In this document: piece by piece, positions 8,540-19,008 of the stretch
Layout: the number at the start of each line of letters is the position of its first letter
Position numbering within the stretch: position 1 is the first letter of the stretch
NCBI GenBank assembly: GCA_020348445.1
Contig: CP070751.1
Coordinates: 5,092,204-5,156,203, forward strand
Direction: 5' to 3'
Length of the DNA stretch: 64,000 nucleotides
Origin: Thermoplasmata archaeon
Lineage (GTDB): Archaea > Thermoplasmatota > Thermoplasmata > GCA-020350865
Translations under genes and position numbers: made by a program
The notes under the pieces: model-generated
The model's database searches: none
What the model saw: the letters and a program-made list of their open reading frames with translations, nothing else
Told to the model about the DNA's origin: nothing

Positions 8540-11500
8540 ATGCCTGAAAAGAAAATGTTCAGGGAGATGTACGAGAGATGGAAAGAACTCGACCTACCTG
8601 AAGAACAAAAAGATGTTTTGGATAAAATAGAACACGATATCGAGGATTTAGACCAGGAAGATACAATAAAGGAGATTACAGAAAGTTTACGAACCGATTT
8701 AAACGACTCAGATTTATGGTTTAAACTGGGAGCAACTTTACTTGCATCAAAGAAATACGATTTTGCACTGGCGGCACTGGATATCACAGTAAAGGTGGAA
8801 CCAGAAAAGTCATATGTATATGGGGTAAAAGGTTTTGTTCTCACGAAGTTAGGCAGGTACGAGGAAGCAGTGGAAGCCCTTGAGAAAACTGTTGAGCAAA
8901 CAGGTCCTATAGAAGGTTACGAGGGTATCGATGATCTTATAAAGGGTATCGAATCAGGAGATGTGAAGATCAAGGCCCTCACTGCCCCCGGAGTTGAGGA
9001 AATACCCTATGATGAATTATTAGAAATCGAAAGAGGATTGGAGAAACTCCTTATTGAGGAGGAAGAGGCTCCATCCAGTTTGGAACTGCAGGACGAACTT
9101 GAGGCACTCTCGGAAGAAATTGAGCAGATTTTAGCAGAGCCCGAGGGTGGAGAAGAGATGTATAAATGTCCAAGCTGTGGTACCGAGATAGATTCAAAAG
9201 ATGAGGTTTGCCCAACATGTGGCATTGAATTCGTTGAAATGGAGGAAGTGCCTGAGGAATTAAAGGGTGAGGAGGTAATCGAAAAGTTCGAATGCCCCGA
9301 CTGCGGGGCAATCTTAGATTACGAAATCCAAAAATGCCCTGACTGTGGCCTTGTCTTTGTTGAGGAGGAAGGTGAATTATTTGCATGTCCCTCATGCGGG
9401 GAGGAAGTGGATTCTTCAGCCAGTATTTGCTCCAGTTGCGGAGCTGAGTTTCTGTCTGAGGAGGAGGAACTGGAGGCCGCTTTGGACGAGATTTTGGCTG
9501 TTGAAAGCCTGGAAAGAGAAAAAACCGAGGAAGCGAAAGCCAAATTAGAGGCCCAATACGGTCTCACCAATGGTTTGACCAATGGTTTAACCAACGGCAT
9601 CACCAATGGACTTAAAAAAGCCAAACGGGGCCTGACCAACGGTATTACAAATGGTCTTACCAACGGTTTAACCAATGGACTTCGGGCTTTAAAAGTGGGT
9701 ATAACCAATGGTTTGACCAATGGCAACGGTATTACCAACGGCCTAGGTCCAAAACGCCCCGTAATCGACCCGAAACGTAGTAAACTAAAACTTATCGGAA
9801 TTCCTGTTATATTATTTATTCTGATATTTACCCCATATATCCTCGTGAATATAATGAAACCCGAGGAAAAAATAGATATCGATGGCAGTTTTGGAGATTG
9901 GAAGAATGTACAAACAACTTCAGATGAAATCGAAGCTGCAGAATTCAATCCCAACGTTGACATAATCGACTATCGGGTGGATGATAGCCAGATGGAACTT
10001 TCGTTCTATTTAGAGGTTGCAGGTTTCATGTTGGCTGGTGAGCCCAATGAGCCTGATGGCAGACAACTTGTGGATACGGCATACATTTTCGTGGATACAG
10101 ATCAGGATCCCGACTCAGGCTATTTGATAAAGGGCATTGGTGCAGATTATATGTTGGAGATTTATGGTTGGAATGAAACCATCTTTGGTAATTTTCTTTA
10201 CAATTACCCTGAAGTGGAGCAGGACTGGAATCATTGGGAAACTGTTGAATACGTATCAGCAGCAGTAAGTGGCTCGATGTTGGAGGCACAGGTAAACCAC
10301 GAATCAATTCACCTTAGTAACCATGAACCCTTGGATATTCTGTTTTATATGCAGGGATGGAACGGATCTGAAGATTTTTCAGACACCATAATATCCAATG
10401 AAGATGGTGTTTTAGCTGTAACTCAACAAGGTGAGGGTGAAGGTAAGATCAGTGGTGACGGCAATAAACTGCTTAGGTTGGAAATCAAGGCTATAAACAA
10501 CGATATAACCATCAATGAGATCAAGGCCGAAAGAACAGGCTCTGGAACAGATGACGACGTCTCTGAGATAAGGCTTGAGGATGAGAACCGCAAATCATTT
10601 GGATTGGGCACTTTAAGGGAGGGCATTTTAACATTTCAACCGGCATTGACCCTTACGCAAGAGCAAACCGCAACCACTGTCTACATTGTAGTAGATATCA
10701 GTGAAAGTGCACAGGAAGGGGACAGCATTGGATTTAAAATAATGAAAAACCATGATATAATAACTGATTCAGGAACAGTGTCTTTAAAACAAATGGCCCC
10801 CGAAGATGAGAACCCCGAGGATGAGAAATACGAAACCAGCTATCTGGTGGACATACCTGACGACGTTATAATAGACGGTGCATTTGCAGATTGGGACACA
10901 AAATTCGTTCGTAACGACACAAGCGGTGATGTAAGCCGCGTTGAATTGGATATACTTAAATACGGTGTTTCCACCACCGATTCCCAAGCAGCGTTCTTTT
11001 TAAAAGTGGATAAAAGTATGTGCTCTGGAACGGCTGTTCCCTATCGGAATACTGCATCTGCAAAAATATTCGTGCCGTCGGAGCAAGTGGATTCAGATGG
11101 AGATGGAATATTAGATTTAAATGATAACCATGATGTGAACATCGAGTTTTTATTTAGCCTGAACCTGAATTTCAGACAGTATCTAAAGGAGGGGGCACCA
11201 GATGATCTTCTAATAGAGGCATTTGAAAATAACTCACAACCATTGACTTCTAATGCTGGATTGATTAAAATATTGGACAGATACTGGAAGGTCGAAGATG
11301 GCGATGCGATATATATCATCATAGATTACGGGATAGAGCTAAAGATATATGATTCCGATGGTGTGCTGGAGGATACCAGGTTTGACTTCGATAATGATGG
11401 TATACCTGATGAAGAGGATACCGATGATGACGACGATGGTATAGAGGATTTCGATGTCGGAGGTACGGATGTTCTTCTTAAACAGATTGTAACAGGTGCA

Positions 11501-13972
11501 ACAAAATACATAGGCCCTCCTGAACCTCCAATACCTATTTATCCAAAAACAGGAGAGGATTTGGTTTACATTTTCATAGATACGAATCCTGGGATAGGTT
11601 ATAGGGAAGGCCTTCCAATTGCCGCTGATTATATGATAGAGGTGAAGGGGAGGTACAATATCGTGCAAAGCAGCGTAATCTACAAATGGTCTGGAGCTTC
11701 TCCTTTTGATTGGAATTGGACTGAGCACCGCTCTCCAGAGGTGGAACTGGACATGCTGCGGATGGAGGTGGGCATAACCTGGGATGACATAGAATTAAAT
11801 CCCGCAGATGATCACTTCGATGTATACTTTTTAACGACAGATTGGAGAAAGAAAGATAGAGATTATTCAAATACAGAGGGTGTGATTACAGGACCCACAA
11901 GAGCCTACATCGGAGATGGTAAAAGCAGAGGTTATGACGTGAAATATCACGGCAGCTACGATGTGTACTTCGATGAGAATGAAGGTGAGGTGCTCTTTGA
12001 GACAAAGAAAGGTTACTTTTTGTCCTGGAACGTGCCTTCTGAGCTGAAGATCACCTCTTTGGATGAAGTTGTTTATACTTTTGATGAACCTGAAAACTCG
12101 GGCTTTGAAATCAGCGAGTCTCATGCTGATTACTATTACTCCTTTGATGATCTTGCTGTCACAACTCACTACATGTTTGGGGGGAGTATGTTAAAAGAGG
12201 ATATCATCCTCGCCGAGAACCCCATAGAGGATATCATGGATTCTGGTTTTCTTTTGGTCACGACGCCTTTGAGCTACTCTCCAGAATTAGCAATGTACGT
12301 GGATAATTATCCACAGAAGGACGGTTTTGTGACAACAAGTGATATTGAATTCCGCAACACCTTCTATTCTGAAAACGTCTACACGTTGATGAGCCCTGTT
12401 GCTTACGATGCAAATGGAGACGATGTAAAATGCGAATATGTGGTGGATTTCATAGATCCTGAGGATTCAACAGCTACACTTACCTTACGGTGCTCTATGG
12501 ACTGGCTTGCCACGGCAGAATATCCTGTTAGAATAGATCCCACGATATTGAAAAATGATCAATATGAAGGCGGCGGGGATGACAGCGAATATTTGGGTTA
12601 TTCCCTTGCAGTTGGGGATTTTAATGACGATGGCAACGAGTATGATATCGTAACTGGTGCACCGTACTGGGATCATACCTCAACTAGTTGGGGTGCCGCA
12701 TACATTTTCTATGGTCCTGTAATGACCAACGATTTCACACCAGATGCAATTATCAATCTCACTGAGGAACCTGATAGAAGTAATAATGATCAACTAGGAA
12801 GATGTGTCGCAGCAGCAGATTTTGACAACGACGGCGTGCGTGATGATGTGGTGCTCACCACCTCAGGGGATGAGGCGTATGTGGTTTACGGAGAAGGTGG
12901 CATCTCAGGCGCTGTCACAACTGCAGATGTGATCATTTATCCACCTGGGGCCGGGGCGCCTGGGTTTGGAAGGTACGGCCTTGCTGTGGGTAATTTCGAT
13001 GGAAACGACGGAGATGATGTGGCAATTGGCGCCAACTCCAACAACAGCCTATACATATATTTCAACTCAACAGATTGGGACGATGGACTGGTGTACGATC
13101 CCAGTGTCACGATTGGATACACTACAGGTAATTTGGGAGTATCTATAGCCAGAGGTAATCTCAGAAACAACGGTGCGACGGATTATGATGATATAGCCGT
13201 AGGTGCTTATGGTTACCTCGTTGGTAGTACCAGTGCAGCCGGAGCCGTTTTCGTGTTTTACGGGGACGGTACCTACGGTGATGGAGCACAATTAGCCGGT
13301 GCAGATGTTATAATAGAATCCGGTGCAAATTACCCGACAGAAAATGGCGAATCAGAGAGATTTGGATGGAGTATCGCAATCGGTGATTTCAATAAATCTG
13401 CCACAACAAATGACTTTGATGATCTCCTTATAGGTGCACCGTACTACAACTCCGAGGAGGGAAAAGCTTATATCTACTTTACAGAGGATGATTCCGATGG
13501 AGGCTTCGGCTCAGCCACTGGGGAAGATGACGATTTGATTTTACATGAGATTGGTGCAAATAGGTTCGGTTATTCTGTTGCGATAGGTAACTTCTGGGGT
13601 GATGGCTACCTTGATGCTTTTGTGGGAGCATACAGAACCAGTTCATCTGATGGTATCGCATATGCATACGACTTCGATGGAGCAAACTTGGATAATACCA
13701 GCGATTGGAGTTTAAGTGGAACAATCGGTGAGGGATTAGGATTGGCTGTTTTCGCGGCAGATGTAAACGGAAGCGGTTACGATAATTTCATCATGGGCTG
13801 CCCATATTTCGATGATCCCGATGATTCTCCAGCTAACGACAATGCAGGTAGAGTGAAGGTGGACGAGTACATCCCGGAGTTCTCCGATATCGCGGTCCCA
13901 ATAGCATCGACAATAACATTCATAATATTCTGTTCTAGAAAAAGGAAAAGAAATCCAAAGAATGATAAATAA
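8540..13972 (+). CDS. 1810-aa membrane protein: TPR, three double Zn ribbons, GLTNG repeats, TM, extracellular beta domains, Ca-binding Asp repeats, FG-GAP propeller, PEF-CTERM
   Basis: TPR-like helices (DLWFKLGATLL..., YVYGVKGFVLTKLGRYEEAVEALEK) and CPxCG...CPxCG x3. A TM lies at ~9791-9855. Repeated GYSLAVGDFNDDG/GAP motifs are followed by IPEF + hydrophobic stretch + RKRKR. Confidence 0.88.
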   Translation: MPEKKMFREMYERWKELDLPEEQKDVLDKIEHDIEDLDQEDTIKEITESLRTDLNDSDLWFKLGATLLASKKYDFALAALDITVKVEPEKSYVYGVKGFVLTKLGRYEEAVEALEKTVEQTGPIEGYEGIDDLIKGIESGDVKIKALTAPGVEEIPYDELLEIERGLEKLLIEEEEAPSSLELQDELEALSEEIEQILAEPEGGEEMYKCPSCGTEIDSKDEVCPTCGIEFVEMEEVPEELKGEEVIEKFECPDCGAILDYEIQKCPDCGLVFVEEEGELFACPSCGEEVDSSASICSSCGAEFLSEEEELEAALDEILAVESLEREKTEEAKAKLEAQYGLTNGLTNGLTNGITNGLKKAKRGLTNGITNGLTNGLTNGLRALKVGITNGLTNGNGITNGLGPKRPVIDPKRSKLKLIGIPVILFILIFTPYILVNIMKPEEKIDIDGSFGDWKNVQTTSDEIEAAEFNPNVDIIDYRVDDSQMELSFYLEVAGFMLAGEPNEPDGRQLVDTAYIFVDTDQDPDSGYLIKGIGADYMLEIYGWNETIFGNFLYNYPEVEQDWNHWETVEYVSAAVSGSMLEAQVNHESIHLSNHEPLDILFYMQGWNGSEDFSDTIISNEDGVLAVTQQGEGEGKISGDGNKLLRLEIKAINNDITINEIKAERTGSGTDDDVSEIRLEDENRKSFGLGTLREGILTFQPALTLTQEQTATTVYIVVDISESAQEGDSIGFKIMKNHDIITDSGTVSLKQMAPEDENPEDEKYETSYLVDIPDDVIIDGAFADWDTKFVRNDTSGDVSRVELDILKYGVSTTDSQAAFFLKVDKSMCSGTAVPYRNTASAKIFVPSEQVDSDGDGILDLNDNHDVNIEFLFSLNLNFRQYLKEGAPDDLLIEAFENNSQPLTSNAGLIKILDRYWKVEDGDAIYIIIDYGIELKIYDSDGVLEDTRFDFDNDGIPDEEDTDDDDDGIEDFDVGGTDVLLKQIVTGATKYIGPPEPPIPIYPKTGEDLVYIFIDTNPGIGYREGLPIAADYMIEVKGRYNIVQSSVIYKWSGASPFDWNWTEHRSPEVELDMLRMEVGITWDDIELNPADDHFDVYFLTTDWRKKDRDYSNTEGVITGPTRAYIGDGKSRGYDVKYHGSYDVYFDENEGEVLFETKKGYFLSWNVPSELKITSLDEVVYTFDEPENSGFEISESHADYYYSFDDLAVTTHYMFGGSMLKEDIILAENPIEDIMDSGFLLVTTPLSYSPELAMYVDNYPQKDGFVTTSDIEFRNTFYSENVYTLMSPVAYDANGDDVKCEYVVDFIDPEDSTATLTLRCSMDWLATAEYPVRIDPTILKNDQYEGGGDDSEYLGYSLAVGDFNDDGNEYDIVTGAPYWDHTSTSWGAAYIFYGPVMTNDFTPDAIINLTEEPDRSNNDQLGRCVAAADFDNDGVRDDVVLTTSGDEAYVVYGEGGISGAVTTADVIIYPPGAGAPGFGRYGLAVGNFDGNDGDDVAIGANSNNSLYIYFNSTDWDDGLVYDPSVTIGYTTGNLGVSIARGNLRNNGATDYDDIAVGAYGYLVGSTSAAGAVFVFYGDGTYGDGAQLAGADVIIESGANYPTENGESERFGWSIAIGDFNKSATTNDFDDLLIGAPYYNSEEGKAYIYFTEDDSDGGFGSATGEDDDLILHEIGANRFGYSVAIGNFWGDGYLDAFVGAYRTSSSDGIAYAYDFDGANLDNTSDWSLSGTIGEGLGLAVFAADVNGSGYDNFIMGCPYFDDPDDSPANDNAGRVKVDEYIPEFSDIAVPIASTITFIIFCSRKRKRNPKNDK
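9560..9750 (+). repeat. Coding low-complexity (G-L/I-T-N)n repeat
   Basis: GLTNGLTNGLTNGITNGL blocks with synonymous variation between DNA units. Confidence 0.9.
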
Positions 13973-13974
13973 AC

Positions 13975-16900
13975 TCAGCTGTCCACTCTCAAGGCCAATT
14001 TTTTCTTGGCCGAGGATTTTTTCTTAAAAAGTGTGCCGCACATGGGGCATTTTCCAATTCTCTCTCCGCAAGCCTCATGATATGTGTTGCCGCAATTGCA
14101 TTCTATTACCATGAATCCTGGTTTTATCTTGCCGTTGCAGGCATAGCATTTATAGCCTTTTTCCGCCTTGATTTTCTTGTATGGTGGTGCTTTTTCCGGC
14201 GATTTTCCCAGGGTGACTTCATGGGATAATTGAGCTTCACATACTTTGCCATCGAAGATTCTGGAAAATGTGGTGTTTAAATAGAAATTCAGATCGCCGG
14301 AGGCGACGGCCTTTATTTTTAGAGGAATCTCCAATTTATCCCTTGCTTTTAGAATTTTTATACCTTCAAGGCCCTGTATTTCGAAGTCCTCCCCCTTCTT
14401 GATAAATTGCACATCCTTTGCAACCGATTTGCCAGTGTTGGAAAGTACCAAAGTAATCTCATACCATTTATCCTTCTCCTCAACATCACTTAAATCGATC
14501 TCAAGCGAGACATTCGGGCTGAAAGGTTCCAATTCGGTTTCCAAGGCTGTCTCTGCCTTTTTGAGGATCTCAAGGGCCAAATCGGGCTTGTTTTCGCTGA
14601 GCTCCTGTGCTTCCCTTAGTAATTTCTCAGCCGATTTCGTGTTCATTCCGCTTTTACTGATACGCATAAGTTTCCCTGCCAACTCAGAAATCAAATCCTC
14701 CACATCTTTGTCGGGTTTTGGTATCTGTTTCTCTTCTTCCTCCAACTCCTTTTTCTTCTCCTCGATCTCTTCGGATAGGGGAGGCGCGGGAGGTTCCTCG
14801 GCGGCTATCTCAGAGGGTTCTTCCAATACCTCCTCGACAGCTGTCTCTTTGACCTTTGGAGCTCCTGGCTCTATTGTCTCCATCTGGTCCATCAATTTTC
14901 GTATGTATTTAGCAGCATCGAGATATTCCTTGCTTTCAAGGTGGGATTCCCCGCTCTTTAATATCGCCATCACTTCGGTTAGGTCCATTCCCTTTTTCTT
15001 GGCCTTCGTCAATCTTGCCTTTGCGGAGGAAAGTTTTTCAAACAGGTTTTTAGTAATCTCTCTCTCAATGAGCCTCTTGCAGTTTTCCGTGAATACCGCC
15101 ACCTGAGCGTATGACTCCTCCTCCAAGGCGGCCTTTGCCTCGTCTAACATGTTGTTGGCTCTCGTAACATTCACACCCAATTCCGAGGCGGTTTTTATAA
15201 GCTGCTCGCAATTCTCAATGGGTATTGAAAGATGTCCTACATAGGATCGCTTCGCCTCCCTGATGGTTTCTTTTGCGAACTTCATAGAAGTTGTGAATTT
15301 CTTTTCCTCAAACGCCTTTTTGGCAACACCATAGAGCTCCCTAGCCTTTTTCACATCAACACCGACATCGTCACTCTCGTTCACCCTTGCTAAAGCTGCA
15401 TGAAGGGTCGTGGAGGCTCGTTCGTACTCCTCTGTGGTTTCCGAAAGCACTATTCCGCTTTCCAATGCAAACTCAAGGGCCTTCACATATTCAAGGTTCT
15501 TTAGGGCGGTGGCTGCCTTTATCAACAGCTTCCTCACATTGTCCGCTCCAATGCCCTTTTTCTCAGCCTCCTTCAATTTTGCAGCGGTAACGGCGATGAT
15601 TTCAGCTGCCATCTTCTTTTGAAGATCTACCTTCTCAACCTCGCTTTCGCTCTGCATGGCGAGCCTCAATGCCTCATTGTAATCTTCATCGGCAAGTGCG
15701 ATTCTTGCCTCCTCCAGTAATTTCTCAGCTTTGGAAACATCCATTCCTTCGGATTTGGACTTGTTAATAATGGACTGAAACGATGATATTGCCTCAGAAA
15801 CCTTCAGCTCTTTAGCCTTTTTTGCCAGCCTTATGCATTTTTTACCCAATTCTATGGAAGCGAGATACTCGTTGTTCTTTAACTCAGAAAATGCCTTTTC
15901 GAGCAATTTCCTTGCCTCGCTTACATCGGCCTTTAAACTCTCTGCCTCTTGGATATAATTACCTGCTAGATTGATGATATTCGCAGTTCTTTGGCTCTCG
16001 TCCCTGATCTCTTCGATCTCACCCAGGCTATGGGATGCGTATTTTGCCGCCTTTTCGTACCTATGCAGCTCCAAGGCCTCCTCGGCCTTTTGGTAAAGGA
16101 CCTCTACAGTTAGAACATCCAGACCGATTTTCTTAGCCTCTATTATCATGGAGTATGCGTTTGATAACATATCTGAAATCTTTACATTGCAAAGCTCCTC
16201 GGCCCTCTCGGCGGTTTTTTGAGCGGAGTTAAGGGCATTTTCGAATTGCTCGTTGTTCATATATATGACCGTCTTTTTGAGTTGGAGTTCTGCATCTGAA
16301 GTATCCATTTCAAGGTTTTTTGCGATTTCAATGCATTCCTTGCCAAATTCCATTTTTTCGTTAATGGAATGCACCAAGGTGAGCTGGGTTACCTCGTTTG
16401 TACACTCCTCTACCAGGTCAGAGACAGCTTTAAAACTACCTGCGGAAAGAGATTTTTCTGCCTCCACTAATTTCTTCATTGGGGACGACATATCTATGTC
16501 GTGTTTCGTAGCCTCCTCTATCTTGGATTTCAATGCAATTATCGTTGCTGTTAGCTCTTCATGTTCTCCAATAAATGAGAGTGTTTCCTCTTTACTCTTG
16601 GTCATGATATAATATGCTTCCCGGAAATTCCTCCTCGCTATAGCCTCATTTGCCCCTCTTAGCCTTTCATTCATCTCAGAAACATCCATTCCATATTCTT
16701 TTGCCCTGTTGATGTTTTCCAATATGCTCGAGGCTAAATCGGTAACTATGGTTTTCTGTTGGTCAATTACCATCTCTAAGATATTATTGGATTGGGTCAA
16801 AGCTTCAGAGAATTTTTTTTCCTCGTATAGTGATTTCGCCTTACTCAGCATTTCTTCGACTTGTGGAATGTCACCTTTCATGTCTCTTAAAGACGCCATT

Positions 16901-18696
16901 GTGACTTCGGCCTTTTCAATTGAAGACTTTACATATTCATTGACAGCCTTCTTACATTCAATAACAAATCCATAGGCTTCATCGTAATTATCCTGATCCA
17001 ACACTGCGCCAGCATTTGCTAGTAAATTCATACAATTGGTCTTTCCCTCTCCTTCTTCGAGAGAATTAACCACATATGTAAGATCCACTATCTCCTTGGT
17101 GACACCTTTTTTTAATGCATCTCCTGCTTCTTCTTTGATTTTGTTGGCGAGTTCAATTGCCTTGTTGTAATCCTCAGCTTTTAGGGCAACATTTGCCTGA
17201 TTCAGGTATTCCCTCACGTGCTTTACATTAGAATCCGTCTTTTCGCCCAATGATACTATTTCCTCAGATTTCTTGATTATATCAAATGTATGATCGTACA
17301 TTCCCTGCTCTATTTTTTCCCTGCATTGGGATATGAGATTCATGGCTTTTTTATAGTCCTTGGAATCGAATGCTCCCTTTGCCTCCTTCATAAGATCTGT
17401 GATCCGTATGGTGTCCACTCCTATCTTCGCGGCTCTCGATATGGCCTGTGTTATGAGTTGCAGCTCTTCCTTCGCACCTTCATAATTACTGATCAATTTA
17501 TTTATTGTAGCTTCACCTTTTCTTGCATATTCCATTGCTTCGACGAATTTCTTCTCTTTTAAGGAACTTCTTGCCATGTCCAAATATTTCACGGATTCCG
17601 AAAGGTTCGCGCCAATGTTTTTGGCGGTGATGAACTTCGGTCTGGAGAGAGAAATCGTTTTCAATACACATTGAAATTGAGCGTTCTCCACCTCTTCATA
17701 TATCTGATTGGAATAATCATAAACTTCGTCAAAATTCTTCGATTTGAATGCATCCTTTGCTTTATTGAACAGAAGTTGGGCCTTTGTAACCTCAGCATTT
17801 ATGGCCTTTCCCTCCCTGATGGTCTCTTCACACTGTCTTATGATCTTCGTGCTCGCCCTTCCCACGAGTTTATCTGCTTCACTTTGGCTCTTGTTAATCA
17901 GATTTATTGCCTGTTCAAAATCCTGGGAATCCAAGGCAGTTTGAGCGTTATCATAAAGCTCTTGGGCCTTCTTAACGTCCGCTTCCATTCTCCTTGCCAG
18001 TTCTATGGTTACCATGGCATTTTCTATGAGCTTTGATATTTCATCCTCTGCAAGCTTACCGGCCTGCTGCATTCCCTCGCTAATGAATCTCCAGGCATGT
18101 TCATAATCGCTTTTATCTGTGTACTCCCTGGCTTTATTAAGATGTGTTTCCACCTCTGATGCGTCTTGTCCGATTTTCTTGACCATGACGATAAGGGATT
18201 GAGCTTTTGTAAATGTTTTTGAAACCTGTTCATTAAGGAGTTTATCAACAACCTCCCATCCTTTTTCCGCATGTCCCAGAGCCTCTTCGTATTTTCCTTC
18301 TGTAACGGCTTCATTTGATTTTGCCAGTGGTTCATCCAGGTTTGGAGCTTCCACACCCATCTCCCTTGCCAATTTGATGAGGTTCTTTGTGGAATCAATT
18401 ACCATTAAAACATGTTCTTTAAGGGCGTTTTCTGCTATTGACTTGCTCTCCTGAGCAAGTTCGGATGCTGACTTGAATTCCTTTTGCGCCAAAGCGCTGG
18501 TCGCTTCTGTTAGTTTTGCCTCGGCCTTAGCGACGTTGGCATCCATGTTTTTTGCGGCCTTAATCAGTTCCTCAGCCACTGCTATCTCTTTTTCGGCCAA
18601 CTTGCGGAACTTCGTGGCCTCTTGCGCTTTCTTCTCAAGTTGTTTTGTCAGTTGAAGCGCTTTTAGATAGTTGGATGCCAATATTCGCGCCCCCAT
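13975..18696 (-). CDS. 1573-aa soluble helical-repeat protein with a C-terminal beta (Ig/CARDB-like) domain and a C4HC3 Zn finger
   Basis: Many imperfect repeats of the type I..A...G.DV..A...L..A..AL....Y..A. The end reads C-x2-C-x12-C-x-C-x4-H-x2-C-x6-C-x2-C (14038-14148). No signal peptide. Confidence 0.85.
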   Translation of the reverse strand: MGARILASNYLKALQLTKQLEKKAQEATKFRKLAEKEIAVAEELIKAAKNMDANVAKAEAKLTEATSALAQKEFKSASELAQESKSIAENALKEHVLMVIDSTKNLIKLAREMGVEAPNLDEPLAKSNEAVTEGKYEEALGHAEKGWEVVDKLLNEQVSKTFTKAQSLIVMVKKIGQDASEVETHLNKAREYTDKSDYEHAWRFISEGMQQAGKLAEDEISKLIENAMVTIELARRMEADVKKAQELYDNAQTALDSQDFEQAINLINKSQSEADKLVGRASTKIIRQCEETIREGKAINAEVTKAQLLFNKAKDAFKSKNFDEVYDYSNQIYEEVENAQFQCVLKTISLSRPKFITAKNIGANLSESVKYLDMARSSLKEKKFVEAMEYARKGEATINKLISNYEGAKEELQLITQAISRAAKIGVDTIRITDLMKEAKGAFDSKDYKKAMNLISQCREKIEQGMYDHTFDIIKKSEEIVSLGEKTDSNVKHVREYLNQANVALKAEDYNKAIELANKIKEEAGDALKKGVTKEIVDLTYVVNSLEEGEGKTNCMNLLANAGAVLDQDNYDEAYGFVIECKKAVNEYVKSSIEKAEVTMASLRDMKGDIPQVEEMLSKAKSLYEEKKFSEALTQSNNILEMVIDQQKTIVTDLASSILENINRAKEYGMDVSEMNERLRGANEAIARRNFREAYYIMTKSKEETLSFIGEHEELTATIIALKSKIEEATKHDIDMSSPMKKLVEAEKSLSAGSFKAVSDLVEECTNEVTQLTLVHSINEKMEFGKECIEIAKNLEMDTSDAELQLKKTVIYMNNEQFENALNSAQKTAERAEELCNVKISDMLSNAYSMIIEAKKIGLDVLTVEVLYQKAEEALELHRYEKAAKYASHSLGEIEEIRDESQRTANIINLAGNYIQEAESLKADVSEARKLLEKAFSELKNNEYLASIELGKKCIRLAKKAKELKVSEAISSFQSIINKSKSEGMDVSKAEKLLEEARIALADEDYNEALRLAMQSESEVEKVDLQKKMAAEIIAVTAAKLKEAEKKGIGADNVRKLLIKAATALKNLEYVKALEFALESGIVLSETTEEYERASTTLHAALARVNESDDVGVDVKKARELYGVAKKAFEEKKFTTSMKFAKETIREAKRSYVGHLSIPIENCEQLIKTASELGVNVTRANNMLDEAKAALEEESYAQVAVFTENCKRLIEREITKNLFEKLSSAKARLTKAKKKGMDLTEVMAILKSGESHLESKEYLDAAKYIRKLMDQMETIEPGAPKVKETAVEEVLEEPSEIAAEEPPAPPLSEEIEEKKKELEEEEKQIPKPDKDVEDLISELAGKLMRISKSGMNTKSAEKLLREAQELSENKPDLALEILKKAETALETELEPFSPNVSLEIDLSDVEEKDKWYEITLVLSNTGKSVAKDVQFIKKGEDFEIQGLEGIKILKARDKLEIPLKIKAVASGDLNFYLNTTFSRIFDGKVCEAQLSHEVTLGKSPEKAPPYKKIKAEKGYKCYACNGKIKPGFMVIECNCGNTYHEACGERIGKCPMCGTLFKKKSSAKKKLALRVDS

Positions 18697-19008
18697 TTAC
18701 CTATACGGGCTTTCCCTATATTACTCTATTTATTCATTGATATAAGGTTATTTTTATCTATATAAAGCATTTAGGCTCCTTATTACACTCTTTGTTCAAC
18801 ATCGTTTTGTTTTTTCGGTTTTTTTCAACGAGCATTCAGCCCCTACCAGAATTCTCTGGCATCGAAGACAGCGAGATAACTGTCTCTCCAATACCCACCT
18901 TTTGCGTGTGTCATAATTTGTTTGGTTCTTCTACCATAATTAACATTATTTTAGTGGAATATAAATATTTTGGTTGGGAAAAACCTCGATAAAACCCCGA
19001 AAAGCCCC

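Noticed and set aside
9319-9963. 214-aa minus-strand ORF with PLV repeats
   Set aside because: Antisense shadow of the GLTN repeat region of the 1810-aa gene.
14399-15106. 235-aa Ser-rich ORF, and similar ORFs such as 37418-38101, 58467-59291 and 62201-62683
   Set aside because: They lie antisense to well-supported genes, with Ser/Phe-rich composition typical of shadow frames.
18840-18895. Two short hairpins (CCAGA/TCTGG and AGACAG/CTGTCT) in the intergenic region, as a possible ncRNA or riboswitch
   Set aside because: The stems are only 5-6 bp, no known family was recognised, and they are compatible with chance or a terminator.
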